DNA of 64,000 bases from Octopus vulgaris (lineage: Eukaryota): contig OX597835.1 in NCBI GenBank assembly GCA_951406725.2, forward strand, positions 15,128,001 to 15,192,000, written 5' to 3'. Below are positions 42,010-55,299 of this stretch, one piece after another; the first letter of the stretch is position 1; each line of letters begins with the position of its first letter. The notes beneath the pieces were generated by a model that saw nothing but the letters and a program-made list of their open reading frames with translations, was not told where the DNA came from and ran no database searches. The position numbers and the translations under genes are program-made.

Positions 42010-42395
42010 GCAGATGTGTGGCTGTGTGGTAAGAAGCTTACTTCCCAACCGCATGGTTCCGGGTTCAGTCCCACAGCGTGGCACTTTGGGCAAGTAGTCT
42101 TCTACTATAGCCTCGGGCCGACCAAAGCATTGTGAGTGGATTTGGCAGAGGGAAGCTAAAAGAAGCTCGTATATATGTAGGAACTTGCGTGTCTATGTTT
42201 GTCTCCCCACCATCGCTTAACAACCGATGTTGGTGTGTTTACGTCTCTGTAACTTTGCGGTTCGGCAAAAGTCCGATAGTATAAGTACTAGGCTTACAAA
42301 GAATAAGTCCTGGGGTCGATTTTTTCGACTAAAGCCGGTGCTCCAGCATGGCTGCAGTAAAATGGCTGAAACAAGTAAAAGAATAAAAGAACATA
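42010..42395 (+). mobile_element. SINE family C
   Basis: Head, CORE-like domain and tail as at 24946. Confidence 0.88.
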
Positions 42396-42729
42396 AAATA
42401 ATGCTCTTTTGGAACATTGGATCCTGAAGCAGATAAGCTATAAATATGGTGTGAAAATATATCGGGTTTTAAAAGTCGAAGCTGCCCATCAATAGTACAT
42501 ACACACACACATAAATATATATACGAGAGGGCTTCCACACAGTTTCCATTTACCAAATTCACTCCCAAGGAAATGGTCAACTCTAGACTATTGTAGAACT
42601 CACTTACCCATGGTGATGTGCAAAGGGACTGAACCTAGAACCTCGTGATTGCAAAGCGGGCTTCTAAACCATATAGCTAAGTCCGTACCTGTTACACGCA
42701 TTACAGTAAAATCGTAATAACTATAATAA

Positions 42730-43683
42730 TAATGATAATCCTTTCTACTAAAGGCACAAGGCCTGAAATTTTGGCGGGAGGGATTAATCCGATTACATCG
42801 ACCCCAGTGTTTCACTGGTACTTAATTTATCAACCCCGAAAGGATGAAAGGCAAAGTCGACCTCGGCAGAATTTGAACTCAGAACGTAGCGGCAGACGAA
42901 ATACCTATTTCTTTACTACCCACAAGGGGCTAAACACAGAGAGGACAAACAAGGACAGACAAACGGATTAAGTCGATTATATCGACCCCAATATGTAACT
43001 GGTACGTATTTAATCGACCCCGAAAGGATGAAAGACAAAGTCGACCTCGGCGGAATTGGAACTCAGAGCGCAGCGACGGGCGAAATGCCTCTTTCTTTAC
43101 TACCCACAAGGGGCTGCACACAGAGAGGACAAACAAAGACAGACAAACGGATTAAGTCGATTATATCGACCCCAGTGCGTAACTGGTACTTATTTAATCG
43201 ACTCCGACAGGATGAAAGGCAAAGCCGACCTTGGCGGAATTTGAACTCAGAACGTAGCGGCAGACGAAATACCTATTTCTTTACTACCCACAAGGGGCTA
43301 AACCAGTGCTTTTCAACCTTTTTGCTGGAGCGGAACCCCAAGAAAACATTTCGCTGGCTCGAGGAACCCCTGTACAATAATTTAATTGTCTTATGCAAAC
43401 ATATCTGCACAGGAGAATTAAAAATTACTGTCGATTTAAGCATTTTTGTAACTTCTTGCGGAACCCCTGGACTGTACTGGCGGAACCCTGGTTGAAAACC
43501 ACTGGGCTAAACACAGAGAGGACAAACAAGGATAGACAAACGGGTTAAGTCGATTATACCGACACCAGTGGGTAACTGGTACGTATTTAATCGGCCCCGA
43601 AAGGATGAAAGGCAAAGTCGACCTCGGCGGAATTTGAACTCTGAACGTAACTCCCGCTAAGCATTTCGCCCCGGCGTGCTAAA
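42730..43683 (-). mobile_element. Head-to-tail multimer (4 units) of SINE family B
   Basis: GGATGAAAGRCAAAGYCGACCT recurs at ~42842, 43026, 43210 and 43603. Confidence 0.9.
43304..43504. mobile_element. hAT (Charlie-type) MITE, 201 bp, with 8-bp TSD
   Basis: TIRs CAGTGCTTTTCAACC / GGTTGAAAACCACTG; TSD GGCTAAAC at 43296-43303 and 43505-43512. Confidence 0.93.
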
Positions 43684-44102
43684 TAATGATTACATTTCCA
43701 GAAGCATCATTCCGTTATTACTCTCACCATTATGTGGTCAACCGTTTCTTTTGGCTTCCATTACCAATTTGGAAGCTCTTTTAGTGAATGTCGGTCTTCC
43801 AGGTGTGGCCATGCTGGTGCTCACTCCATGGGAACAGGCATGCTGAGTATATTATTCCAGTACATTCTCGAGACTCTCTCAGCTGATGTAATGTTTTTAT
43901 ACTCATCAATCTCTAGCCTGTACTTAATTGCTTCCTTGACGAATGGAAATTATTTTTTTTTTATTTTGTTTCGGGTCTTTTTTGATTTTTTTTTTTTGTT
44001 GTTACCAAGTTCCGCAATCAATTTGTAGTTATTTTGCAGTAATTCTCAAGTTGTGCGTGTTCTTTGGTACATCACACACTCGCGCCAACGCACACGCACT
44101 TA

Positions 44103-44171
<69 letters not shown>

Positions 44172-44548
44172 ATATACACATACATGGACAGAGAAAGAGA
44201 GGGAAACAAATATATGCATATATACTCATACACATAACATAGATATATAAATACATACACATACATACAATATATATATATAGAGAGAGAGAGATATAGG
44301 TAGAGAGCGAGAGAGAGAATTTCGTTTTCTCTATACAGTAATAGTGTATGTTTATGCGTTTTTTGCGTTTATGTATAAATATATATATATATATATAACA
44401 TATATTTATATATATATGTTTGTATATATATCTCATATATATACGTATACATATATATACATACATATACATATATATGTGCATATATACATATATATAT
44501 AGATATACGGGCATATATACATATATATACACACACATACACACACAC

Positions 44549-44579
<31 letters not shown>

Positions 44580-44597
44580 TGTATGTATGTATGTATG

Positions 44598-44628
<31 letters not shown>

Positions 44629-44739
44629 CTGTGGAAGTGCCCAGTTCCGCAATTAATTTGCAGTTCTTTACAATAATCAAATTGTATGTTTGGTACATGT
44701 AAACGTGTATGTCTACAGATTTAAACGTATGTATGTATG

Positions 44740-44793
<54 letters not shown>

Positions 44794-44939
44794 TACATAT
44801 ATATATGTATGTGTGTGCATATATAAGTATGTGTGTGTATATATATATATGTATATATATGTATATATATATATATATATATATAAATATACATATATAT
44901 ATGTATGTGTGTGCATATATAAGTATGTGTGCGTATATA

Positions 44940-45003
<64 letters not shown>

Positions 45004-45277
45004 CACATTCACATACACATACTTTTGTTGTATGCATTTATGCATATATATATACAAAAACACCTAAGTACATGTGTGGTGCTGTTTAAACGTGTGTGTG
45101 TGTACGTGTGCGTGTATTCGTTTGTGTGTGTGTGTGTATTCGTTTGTGTGTGTGTGTGTCTCCCTCTGTGTGTGCGTGTGCATGTGCGTGTGTAATGCAC
45201 TTGCTTCAGCTCTTTAAATGTATCTTGATGTTTGCATTCAGCAAATATGTTTCAATATATTTTTGATAGGTCTTTAA

Positions 45278-45308
<31 letters not shown>

Positions 45309-46395
45309 GTCCACCCCACCCCCCACCTCACACATACACACTCACACACGCATAGACATCTTTATTAAATCTACAACCTGCTTGGAGTAATTTATACATC
45401 CTTGCATACAGTTTAAACTCGTTTGCAAATAACACATTATTCAACATTTCTCCATTAAAGGTACTCTCACCAAAAGACCATTTCAGTAAATTCATAAAGT
45501 ATACCCATAGCAGACAAAAGGTATAGACAACAAGTCAGAATTATATATTTCCTTTCCTTTGAGTATGACATGATAAGGCACAGCCGTTTTGGCGCTTGCC
45601 ATTTAGCGCTGCCTATTTGGCGCTGCCTATTTCACGCTGCCTATTTGGCATCGCTGATTTAACGTTGGTTTATCAGACAGTTTAGTCTCTCTTTGTCGGT
45701 TTCTCTCCCTTTCTTTCTTTCTTTCTTTCTTTCTCTATCTCTCATCTCTTTCTTTCTTTCTCTCTTTCTTTCTTTCTTTCTTTCTCTATCTCTCATCTCT
45801 TTCTTTCTCCGTCTGTATGTTTGCGTGCCTGTTTTATGTGAGTATATTTCTGTTTCCGTGAACCAGGAGAGGAAATCGTTTATGCCAATCGTGTTCATTT
45901 AATAAAGAGTAATATCTCTCTTTCTTGATCCCTTTTTCCCTTTCTCTACCACGACGTGTACATTTCTGAGCATGCACACGTGTGTGTATGTGTGTGTGTT
46001 TTCTTGAGCCAAAAAGTACAGTCACCAAAATAGGTTGAATGTCCAGTCAGTGGACGCCCGTACAGCTGCGCCTAGTCGTCTCAATCTGCTTTCATATAGA
46101 GATTGAACTAGTTGTAATCTGCTCTTTGCTTCATACTTATTTAGTGTTAATTGCAATCTAGTTTTCGGTTGTTTGGTCGATATAATTCTTATATTGGGTC
46201 TTGCCATCATTTCGTGTTTTTGTGGCATTTTTTTCTGGCTAACAACTCACATCTCGTCGAAGTTGACATAGCCTTTCGTTTTTTCGGGATCGATAAAATA
46301 AGAAGCAGTTGAATACTGAGTGCGATATGATTAATCTCCCACCTCAAAATGGCTGGCCTTGAATCAGAAATGAGAAAGAATTATTATTTTGTGTA

Positions 46396-46443
<48 letters not shown>

Positions 46444-46454
46444 AGGGAGGGAGG

Positions 46455-47016
46455 GAGGGCTGACGGAATCGTTAGCACGCCGGGAAAAATCCTTTTGGGG
46501 TCGATAAAATAAGTACTCAACGAGTACAGAGATCAAAGCAATCGATTTACCCCCTCTCCTGAAATTGCTGGCCATGTGCCAAAATTTGAAACAATCATTA
46601 TTATTAATATCATTCTCATTAATTCGTCTGTTTTTATGTTCTGAATTCAAATTCCGCCGAGGTCGACTTTCCCTTTTTATCCTTTCGGGGTCGATAAATT
46701 AAGTACCATTTGCAAACTGGGGTCGATCTAATCGACTAGCCCCCACCCCCAAAATTTTGGGCCTTGTGCCTAGAGTAGAAAAGATTATTATTATTATTAT
46801 TAAGGCGACGAGCTGACAGAATCTTTAGCACGCCGGGCGAAATGCTGAGCGACATTTCGTCTGTCTTTACGTTCTGAATTCAAATTCCGCCGAGGTCGAC
46901 TTTGCCTTTCATCCTTTCGGGATCGATAAATTAAGTAGCAGTAAAATACTGGAGTCGTTGTAATCGACTAATCCCCCTACCCTAAAATTTCAGGCCATGT
47001 GCCTTTTGTTGAAAGG

Positions 47017-47020
<4 letters not shown>
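46455..47020 (+). mobile_element. Cluster of SINE family B copies
   Basis: Family B cores at ~46650 and ~46885, plus a deleted copy at ~46460. Confidence 0.85.
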
Positions 47021-47074
<54 letters not shown>

Positions 47075-47087
47075 TATTATTATTATT

Positions 47088-47631
47088 AGCAGTTCATGCC
47101 ATCAAAGTGACACTGGGGTAAAATATACGAAGCCCAGTATACCCATCATGACTACCTGTCTGATAAGGGTACACCAGGCACATACATCACAACCATATGT
47201 GCGCGACATGGTGATCTCATATCAAAATAAACAGCACATGACCTTGCAGGTGGGGCCCAGTTAGAATTCTCTTCTGGTCGAGTAACCCATCCTGCCAAAA
47301 GGTCCCTGAATAAGGGTTGTTTAAGGATGTTGAACGAAACACCCATGTTTCCAGAGGTGAATTATTCAAACCCCAAACAATCCCTCTCAACACATGGCTA
47401 TGATGCTCCCCCACTACTTCTGCTCGTGATCAGAGATGCACATATCGTCAGCCACTAAGGGACATGCTCAACTGGTTAAGGTCAAACAACTGACAAGCAA
47501 ATCTGTGGTATTGAGCAGAATATTTGCTGTAACCCATCTTTTATACCAAGACAAAACAATGTACATGATAACACTTCCAATCAGTTAAGATCAGAAGCCA
47601 TGAGAGCCACTGCCTGGTACTGCATTAGGGC

Positions 47632-47634
<3 letters not shown>
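47088..47634 (-). mobile_element. ~550-bp non-coding interspersed element embedded in (TAA)n; second copy at 54772-55297
   Basis: Two homologous copies, each adjoining (TTA)n or related trinucleotide tracts; no tRNA head and no credible ORF. Confidence 0.8.
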
Positions 47635-47721
<87 letters not shown>

Positions 47722-47722
<1 letters not shown>

Positions 47723-47960
47723 ATTGCCTTTGCACAATGTACTATGGAGCCAACTGTTCATACCAGTGAACTAATGTAACACCCCTTATTTTTCGAATCC
47801 GGAGTATTCGAGCAGTTCCAACCAGTGTTGTTTTCTGCAAATGCTCCAGCAGCCCCTACTTGTTCCATGTACTTCTCAAGACTGTTCCCAGAGCTCCGAC
47901 AATTATTGGTACTACTACCACCTTTTTCATCGACCACAACTGCTTAACCTCCCAAGCTAT
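47722..47960 (-). mobile_element. R4/Dong-like non-LTR retrotransposon 3' fragment (RLE domain end)
   Basis: IAWEVKQLWSMKKVVVVPIIVGALGTV...LQKTTLVGTARIL, flanked by (TAA)n, the known Dong target. Related fragment at 54515-54700. Confidence 0.8.
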
Positions 47961-48554
47961 TATTATTATTATCATTATTATTATTAATAGAAGAGTGCCA
48001 TTGTTATCTAGTGAACGATATTTCGACATCTTGGTATCTTCAACTGGTTCAAAAAATAAATTTGTCAATCTACTTCATTTTGGTTAATATATATTGAGGT
48101 AACTCCTCCTGAAGATATAGAGTCAAAATTATTATTATTATTATTTTCCTTCTTTCTTCAAATTTTCTTCCGTTTCTCGCCGAGTGTTTTCCGTACACCT
48201 AGGGCAGAGAAGCTCATTATATGCATTCCCAGATTACACGCACAAATTCACAGGTAAAATACGTATTTAAAAAATTAATAAATAAATAAATTCATGAATG
48301 GATGTTGTTTTCACAGCGATATATGTATTAACTGGGGTAAGAGAAGAAACCGTTGTCAGTAGTCGTATACACTCGTATTAAAAGCTTACACGCACAGGAA
48401 TATGTGTATGTGTGTGTTTATGCATGAATAACATACACACAAGGATATGTGTGAATGTTTGTATACATGCATATATAAATACATTATATTTATTTATATA
48501 TATATATACACACACACAAACATGCGTGTTTGCATCCACATATGTGTGTGTATA

Positions 48555-48593
<39 letters not shown>

Positions 48594-48777
48594 TTGTGTG
48601 TATATATATATATATGTATATATATATATACACAAACGCGTGTTTGCATCCATATATGTGTGTATATATATGTATATATATAGATATATATATATACATA
48701 TTTGTGTTTATATATATATATATATATATACATACATACACACGCATATACACATATATATATATATATATATATAC

Positions 48778-48844
<67 letters not shown>

Positions 48845-48852
<8 letters not shown>

Positions 48853-49351
48853 TAAATGAAAGAATGGAGTCGAACGATGTTAACAAAATTCCTTTACTCT
48901 CGACACATCCAAAGGAATAAAGGGTGCATTATGCAATCTTCTCATCAGGAAAGAAAGGGAGCCTCTCTCGACAACTAGACAAACAAAAATTTCGATGATT
49001 GCCTACATGGTAAACAAAGCGATAATGAGTGTTTTTTTAAAAAAAACCGTTAGAAGAATTGACGTCAAAAATAGATAGTAGGAAGAGAAGGGATAAAGTA
49101 ATAATTGGTAGGAAACAGTATGTTTGCTGTATGTATGGAAATGTGTGGGTGTGTGCTTGTGTTAATGAGTGCGTGTGTTTGTGTGTGTGTATGTGTGTGT
49201 GTATAACTGCATTTGTGTCTGTGTGTGTGATTGTGTGTGTGAGATTGCATAATATGCACCCTTTATTCATGCTGTCTTCGAAACATGTGTCGAGAGTAAA
49301 GGAATTTTGTTAACATCTTCGTTCGATTCCATTCTTTCATTTATTCATATA
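48845..49351. repeat. Inverted-repeat cassette whose two arms carry complementary halves of a hammerhead
   Basis: 48845-48941 pairs with 49242-49351. The left arm keeps CTGATGA-GAAGA (minus); the right arm keeps TCTTC-GAAA-CATGTG-TC-GAGAG. Confidence 0.75.
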
Positions 49352-49396
49352 CAACACACAAATTTCTACACATGAACCCGGAGTTTCTACCCTTGA

Positions 49397-49498
49397 CAGG
49401 TCGCTTCAACCGTGTTTTCTGACGTGAATTTGCTACCCAGGTTTCGGTTAAACGAATTTTCCATGCTGACGATAAACATAGGAAAATTCATTGACCTA

Positions 49499-49548
<50 letters not shown>

Positions 49549-49680
49549 GGCGGTGCCCCAGCATGGCCACAGCCCGTGCAGGTCGCTTCAACCGTGTTTT
49601 CTGACGTGAATTTGCTACCCAGGTTTCGGTTAAACGAATTTTCCATGCTGACGATAAACATAGGAAAATTCATTGACCTA

Positions 49681-49740
<60 letters not shown>

Positions 49741-49764
49741 GGCGGTGCCCAGCATGGCCACAGC
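49397..49764 (+). repeat. 181-bp tandem duplication including a (TA)n tract and a SINE tail
   Basis: CAGGTCGCTTCAACCG at 49397 and 49579; each unit ends GGCGGTGCCC(C)AGCATGGCCACAGC. Confidence 0.92.
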
Positions 49765-49923
49765 TCGTGACCTGAAACTAGAATCAATCAATCAATCAAT
49801 CATATATATATATAACATTATTCTTCTACCTTACTACTTCCGTCTTTCAATATGTGACCTCGTGAGTACCACTGGCGATTTTTTTCCTCTGTCTTCCCTT
49901 CTCGGGATATTTTCTTCTCCTAT

Positions 49924-49958
49924 GTTTCCGACGAAGAGCTCAGCTCGAAACGTTAAAC
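49924..49958 (+). ncRNA. Minimal hammerhead variant motif in cassette ~49820-50060
   Basis: GTTT-CCGACGA-A-GAGC-TCA-GCTC-GAAA-CG-TT-AAAC. U4 replaced by C; downstream TTCCTGAGCGT shared with the 37848 cassette. Confidence 0.65.
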
Positions 49959-50052
49959 CCTCCTTCTTCCCTTCTTTCCTGAGCGTCCAATAATACTTTA
50001 TTTGTTCCACGTCCTTGCGTTGTTGCGTTTTTTTTTGTTTTCTTGTTTGGAT

Positions 50053-50139
<87 letters not shown>

Positions 50140-51252
50140 TCACATGCATACATAAAAGCACATACATAAATATTTACATTCTTAGATAAATAAATATAAG
50201 ACGGAAGTAAAAGATATGCATATTAAAGTAAGAAAAACTCAAGATAAGTTGAAACTGGTAACGAAGATAATCGGAAACAAATGTGAGCCTATGTATGTTC
50301 CTAGGTGGTTTCAAGTCTGCATCTGTTCATTATACTTTTATCCCGCTACTTTCCACATCTGTTGTATGTATGGAGAGGTCATTATCTAGTTTTTCTTACT
50401 TAATTACAATTGACAGAGCATTTTTTCTGGTTGCCCTTATTAATTAATTGAGCTAAAAATACGCGGGTTTTATCTCTCTCTCTTGTAACCATTCTCGCCA
50501 CCCTTAACTTTCTTGAGGTTTATATTTTTTTTTTTTTTCCAACTGAAGGAAGCATATCATTTTCACTTGATCTGCTGAAATTTTTCCACAGAACATTCTA
50601 GAAACATATAAAACTGATCTCAATTATCGTTGCAACTTTCTACCCTACGGAATCATCTGAGTTAACTGCTTAAACGTTCATGTAACAGTGTCATCCCACC
50701 CCTATCTCTCTCCATCTCTATCTCTTTCTTTCTCTTGCTATTTCTTACTCTCCCTCACTTTTCTCTCTCTTTCCCTCTTCTCCCTTCATCACTTTCCCAC
50801 TCTTTCTCCCTCTCTTGTTGTCTCCTTTTCTCCCTCTCTCTCACACCCTCTCTCTTTCACCCTTTCTTTCTCTTTCTCTTGCCTGCCATTGCTTATTCTC
50901 TCTCCTTCTCTCTTCTCCTCTCACTCTCACACCCCTTTTTTCCCTCTCTCTCTCGTCCTCGTCCTCCCTCCACCTCACCCTCACCCTCCCACTCTTTCTC
51001 TTACTCTATTTTTGTCTCTCTTTCTCGCTCTCTTTTTCTCTCTAACTTTGATCAATATCTTCCCACCAATAGACAGGAACGCTGTACTCCGACTATTGTA
51101 GCAATTTGATTATGCTTCATCGATTTTCGTAGACGATAAAGATGTCAGTATTCTAACCAAGGGTAATTTCCCGTTTTCAATATTTCCTGTCTGCTCCAAA
51201 AGTTTAATGTTCTGATAGTAACATTATCTTCATCAAACGTTGGTGTGAACCC

Positions 51253-52235
51253 GTCAAAATGGTGGATGATGGGCATTTGACAATATTCCGTCAAAGTGGT
51301 GGATGATGGGCATTTGACAACATTCAGTCAAAATAGTGGTTGATGGGCATTTGACAATATTCCGTCAAAATGGATGATGGGTATTTGACAATATTCAGTC
51401 AAAATGGTGGATGATGGGCATTTGACAATATTCCGTCAAAATGGTGGATGATGGGCATTTGACAATATTCAGTCAAAATGGTGGATGATGGGCATTTGAC
51501 AATATTCAGTCAAAATGGAGGGATGATGGGCATTTGACAATATTCAGTCAAAATGGAGGGTGATGGGCATTTGACAATATTCAGTCAAAATAGTGGTTGA
51601 TGGGCATTTGACAATATTCCGTCAAAATGGATGATGGGTATTTGACAATATTCAGTCAAAATGGTGGATGATGGGCATTTGACAATATTCCGTCAAAGTG
51701 GTAGATGATGGGCATTTGACAACATTCAGTCAAAATAGTGGTTGATGGGCATTTGACAATATTCCGTCAAAATGGTGGATGATGGGCATTTGACAATATT
51801 CAGTCAAAGTGGTAGATGATGGGCATTTGACAACATTCAGTCAAAATAGTGGTTGATGGGCATTTGACAATATTCCGTCAAAATGGTGGATGATGAGCAT
51901 TTGACAATATTCCTTCAAAATGGTGGATGATATGCATTTGACAATATTCAATCAAAATAGTGGTTGATGGGCATTTGACAATATTACATCAAAATGGATG
52001 ATGGACATTTGACAATATTCCGTCAAAATAGTGGTTGATGTCATTTGACAATATTCCGTCAAAATGGATGATGGGTATTTGACAATATTCCGTCAAAATG
52101 TAGGGTGATGGGCATTTGACAATATTCAGTCAAAATAGTGGTTGATGGGAATTTGACAATATTCCGTCAAAATAGATGATGGGCATTTGACAATATTCAG
52201 TCAAAATAGTGGTTGATGGGCATTTGACAATATTC
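51253..52235 (+). repeat. 34-37-bp minisatellite, ~27 copies, each unit internally palindromic
   Basis: Consensus GTCAAAATGGTGGATGATGGGCATTTGACAATATTC(C/A). Confidence 0.95.
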
Positions 52236-52644
52236 TTTCACGAATGCAGGATCCATTATGTACTGGAAGCAGAGTCTCAGCACAAGCCTGGTTTTTGCCT
52301 CACCACATGGCCCTAACCAATGCCAGCGCACTATATGCAAGATCGTTGCAAGCACTTCAGCATGAGTCGCGACATATATTGTGCAACACATAAATACATA
52401 CTCATGTCCACACAAACACATTTTTCTCTCCCTCTTTTTCACACACACACACACACACTAAACATACATGCACACACATGCATATATACGCAGTGACGGA
52501 TCTCGAGTCCGTTTCGACCATTAGTGTTCCAGTTTTTCGTTCAACCAACGAAACTATTTCTTCACTGCAAGTTATAAACACTTTGCATCCTCAACGTTAA
52601 TACACTAGGTAGAATGAACGAAACTCAAATGACAAAAGGACACA

Positions 52645-52697
<53 letters not shown>

Positions 52698-53070
52698 AAG
52701 CAGCTCCAGCTACTTATACAAAGTCTTGTGTCGACACAGAAGCCAAGCCAATTAACATAATTCTCTCCACTAATTCTACCACGAAGCCTATACAAACCTA
52801 CACGCAATCTCTAAATGAAATCCATTCCATTGAGTTGCTTCTCTGTAAAACTGATTCTCTGAAACCGCTAACGATACTTTTATGTAAATATTAAGCAAAG
52901 GCATTCAATTGTCAATAACAATTGAACAGCGAACCTTAAGAGAAACACGCTGAAGATAATTGAGTCACCTATTTCTTGTGCACAGGGTAAGTGCTGTTTG
53001 GACAATATATAGAGATGTGTGTGAATGAGTGCATATGCTAATGTGTGTGTGTCTGTATTTTATGTAATAC

Positions 53071-53129
<59 letters not shown>

Positions 53130-53301
53130 TGTGTGTATTTTGAAGAATACTATATCGTGATTAAAATCTGTTGTCTTCAGGTGATTTTCAGCAAGCAAAC
53201 AGACAGGTTGGTAGAGAATATAAGTTGACCAGCTAGCCAAGTTACATAGTCCTGCTACTGGATATATATGTGTGTGCGTGTATGTGTGTGTGAGTGGCTG
53301 C

Positions 53302-53410
<109 letters not shown>

Positions 53411-53602
53411 ATGCATGTATATGTGTATGTGTATACATGTATGTATACATGTATATATATGTTTGTATATAACTGTATATATGTATCTATATATATACAT
53501 TTTAGTGTATATGTGTATGTGTATACATGTATGTATGCATGTATATATATATATATATATATGTATATACATACATATGTATGTGTATATATATATATAT
53601 AT

Positions 53603-53989
53603 AACCAACCACATGATTCCAGGTTCAGTCTCACTGCGTGGCATCTTGGGCAAGTGTCTTCTGCTATAGCCCCGGGCCGACCAATGCCTTGTGAGTGGAT
53701 TTGGTAGACGGAAACTGAAAGAAGCCTGTCGTATATATGTATGTATATATATATATAAGTGTGTGTGTATATGTTTGTGTGTCTGTATTTGTCCCCCTAG
53801 CATTGCTTGACAACCGATGCTGGTGCGTTTACGTCCCCGTCTCTTAGCGGTTCGGCAAAAGAGACCGATAGAATAAGTACTGAGCTTACAAAGAATAAGT
53901 CCTGGGGTCGATTTGCTCGACTAAAGGCGGTGCTCCAGCATGGCCGCAGTCAAATGACTGAAACAAGTAAAAGAGTAAAGAGTAAAGAG

Positions 53990-53990
<1 letters not shown>
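53603..53990 (+). mobile_element. SINE family C, head truncated
   Basis: Nearly identical to 24980-25345. Confidence 0.9.
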
Positions 53991-54046
<56 letters not shown>

Positions 54047-54069
54047 TTATATATACGTATGTATGTATG

Positions 54070-54138
<69 letters not shown>

Positions 54139-54458
54139 ATAAACGAAGTATTTTCTATTAACTGACTGTGAAACAAACAAACGATTATCCGATCAATACT
54201 TGGAATTCAAAATAAAGTTCGCGTCGGAATTAACATTTAACACCACTTAGTTCGACGCAATACTAAAATTAATATAAAACTCTAACCAGTTCCATCTGAA
54301 AGGATATTGCAAAGAACACCCTCAAGAAACTACACCGTTATGATAGTAAAGTAGTAGCAGCAACTATTACTAACCGTTGCAGTAGAAACGTATATAAGTC
54401 AATAATAAGCTGTATTTAAATCAAAATATAGATTAAAATTCATGAAATTCTACTTCAT

Positions 54459-54516
<58 letters not shown>

Positions 54517-55299
54517 GCCTTTGCAAAGCTTCTAACGCTGGAGATGTACTACGGTGTCAACTGTTCATTAACAGCAGTGAACTAAGGTAACACCCCTTAT
54601 TTTTCGGGCACCAACCAGAGTATTCGAGTGATTCCATGCAGTGCTGTTTTCTCCAGTTGCACCACCTTTTTTGCAGCCCATGTTTGCGCCATTTACAAAG
54701 TTGTTGTTGTTGTTATTATTATTATTATTATCATCATCGTCATCATCATCATCATCACTATAATCATCATTGAATGAGAGAGCAGTGCATGCAGTCAAAG
54801 TGACACTGGGGTACAAATATACGAAGCCCAATATACCCATCATGATAAGGGTACACTCGGCATATGCAGCACAACCATATGTGCGCGGCACGGTGATCTC
54901 ATACCAAGATAAACAGCGCATGACTATACAGGTGGGGCCCAGTCTGAATTTTCTTCAGGTCGAGTAGCCCACCCCGTTCAAAAGGTCCCCGATTAAGGGT
55001 CTCTTAAGGAAGTTGAGCGAAACACCCGTATTTCCAGAGGTGAATTATCCAAACCGCAAAGAATTCCTCTCAAGACATAGCTATGATGCCCCTCCACTAC
55101 TTCTACTCATGATCAGAGATGCATATATTGTCAGCCACTAAGGGACATGCTCAACTGGTTAAAGTCAAACAACTGACAAGTAAATTTGTAGTATTGAACA
55201 GAATATCTGATGTAGGCCATCTTTTATACCAAGGCAGCAGCTTTAGTGGCTCCTTGTCTTAACTGATTGGATGAGCTTTCGTGTACATTGTTTTGTCAC

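Noticed and set aside
45588-45660. Short 15-bp tandem (GCGCTGCCTATTTG) x4-5
   Set aside because: Resembles subterminal repeats of a DNA transposon but no partner end was found.
49462-49492. CTGACGA...GAAA hammerhead-like motif in the 181-bp duplication
   Set aside because: No credible stem II; a simple alternative hairpin explains the sequence.
51253-52235. CRISPR-like array of ~37-bp palindromic repeats
   Set aside because: No unique spacers (the variable parts are recurring variants of one sequence), no cas genes, eukaryotic context.
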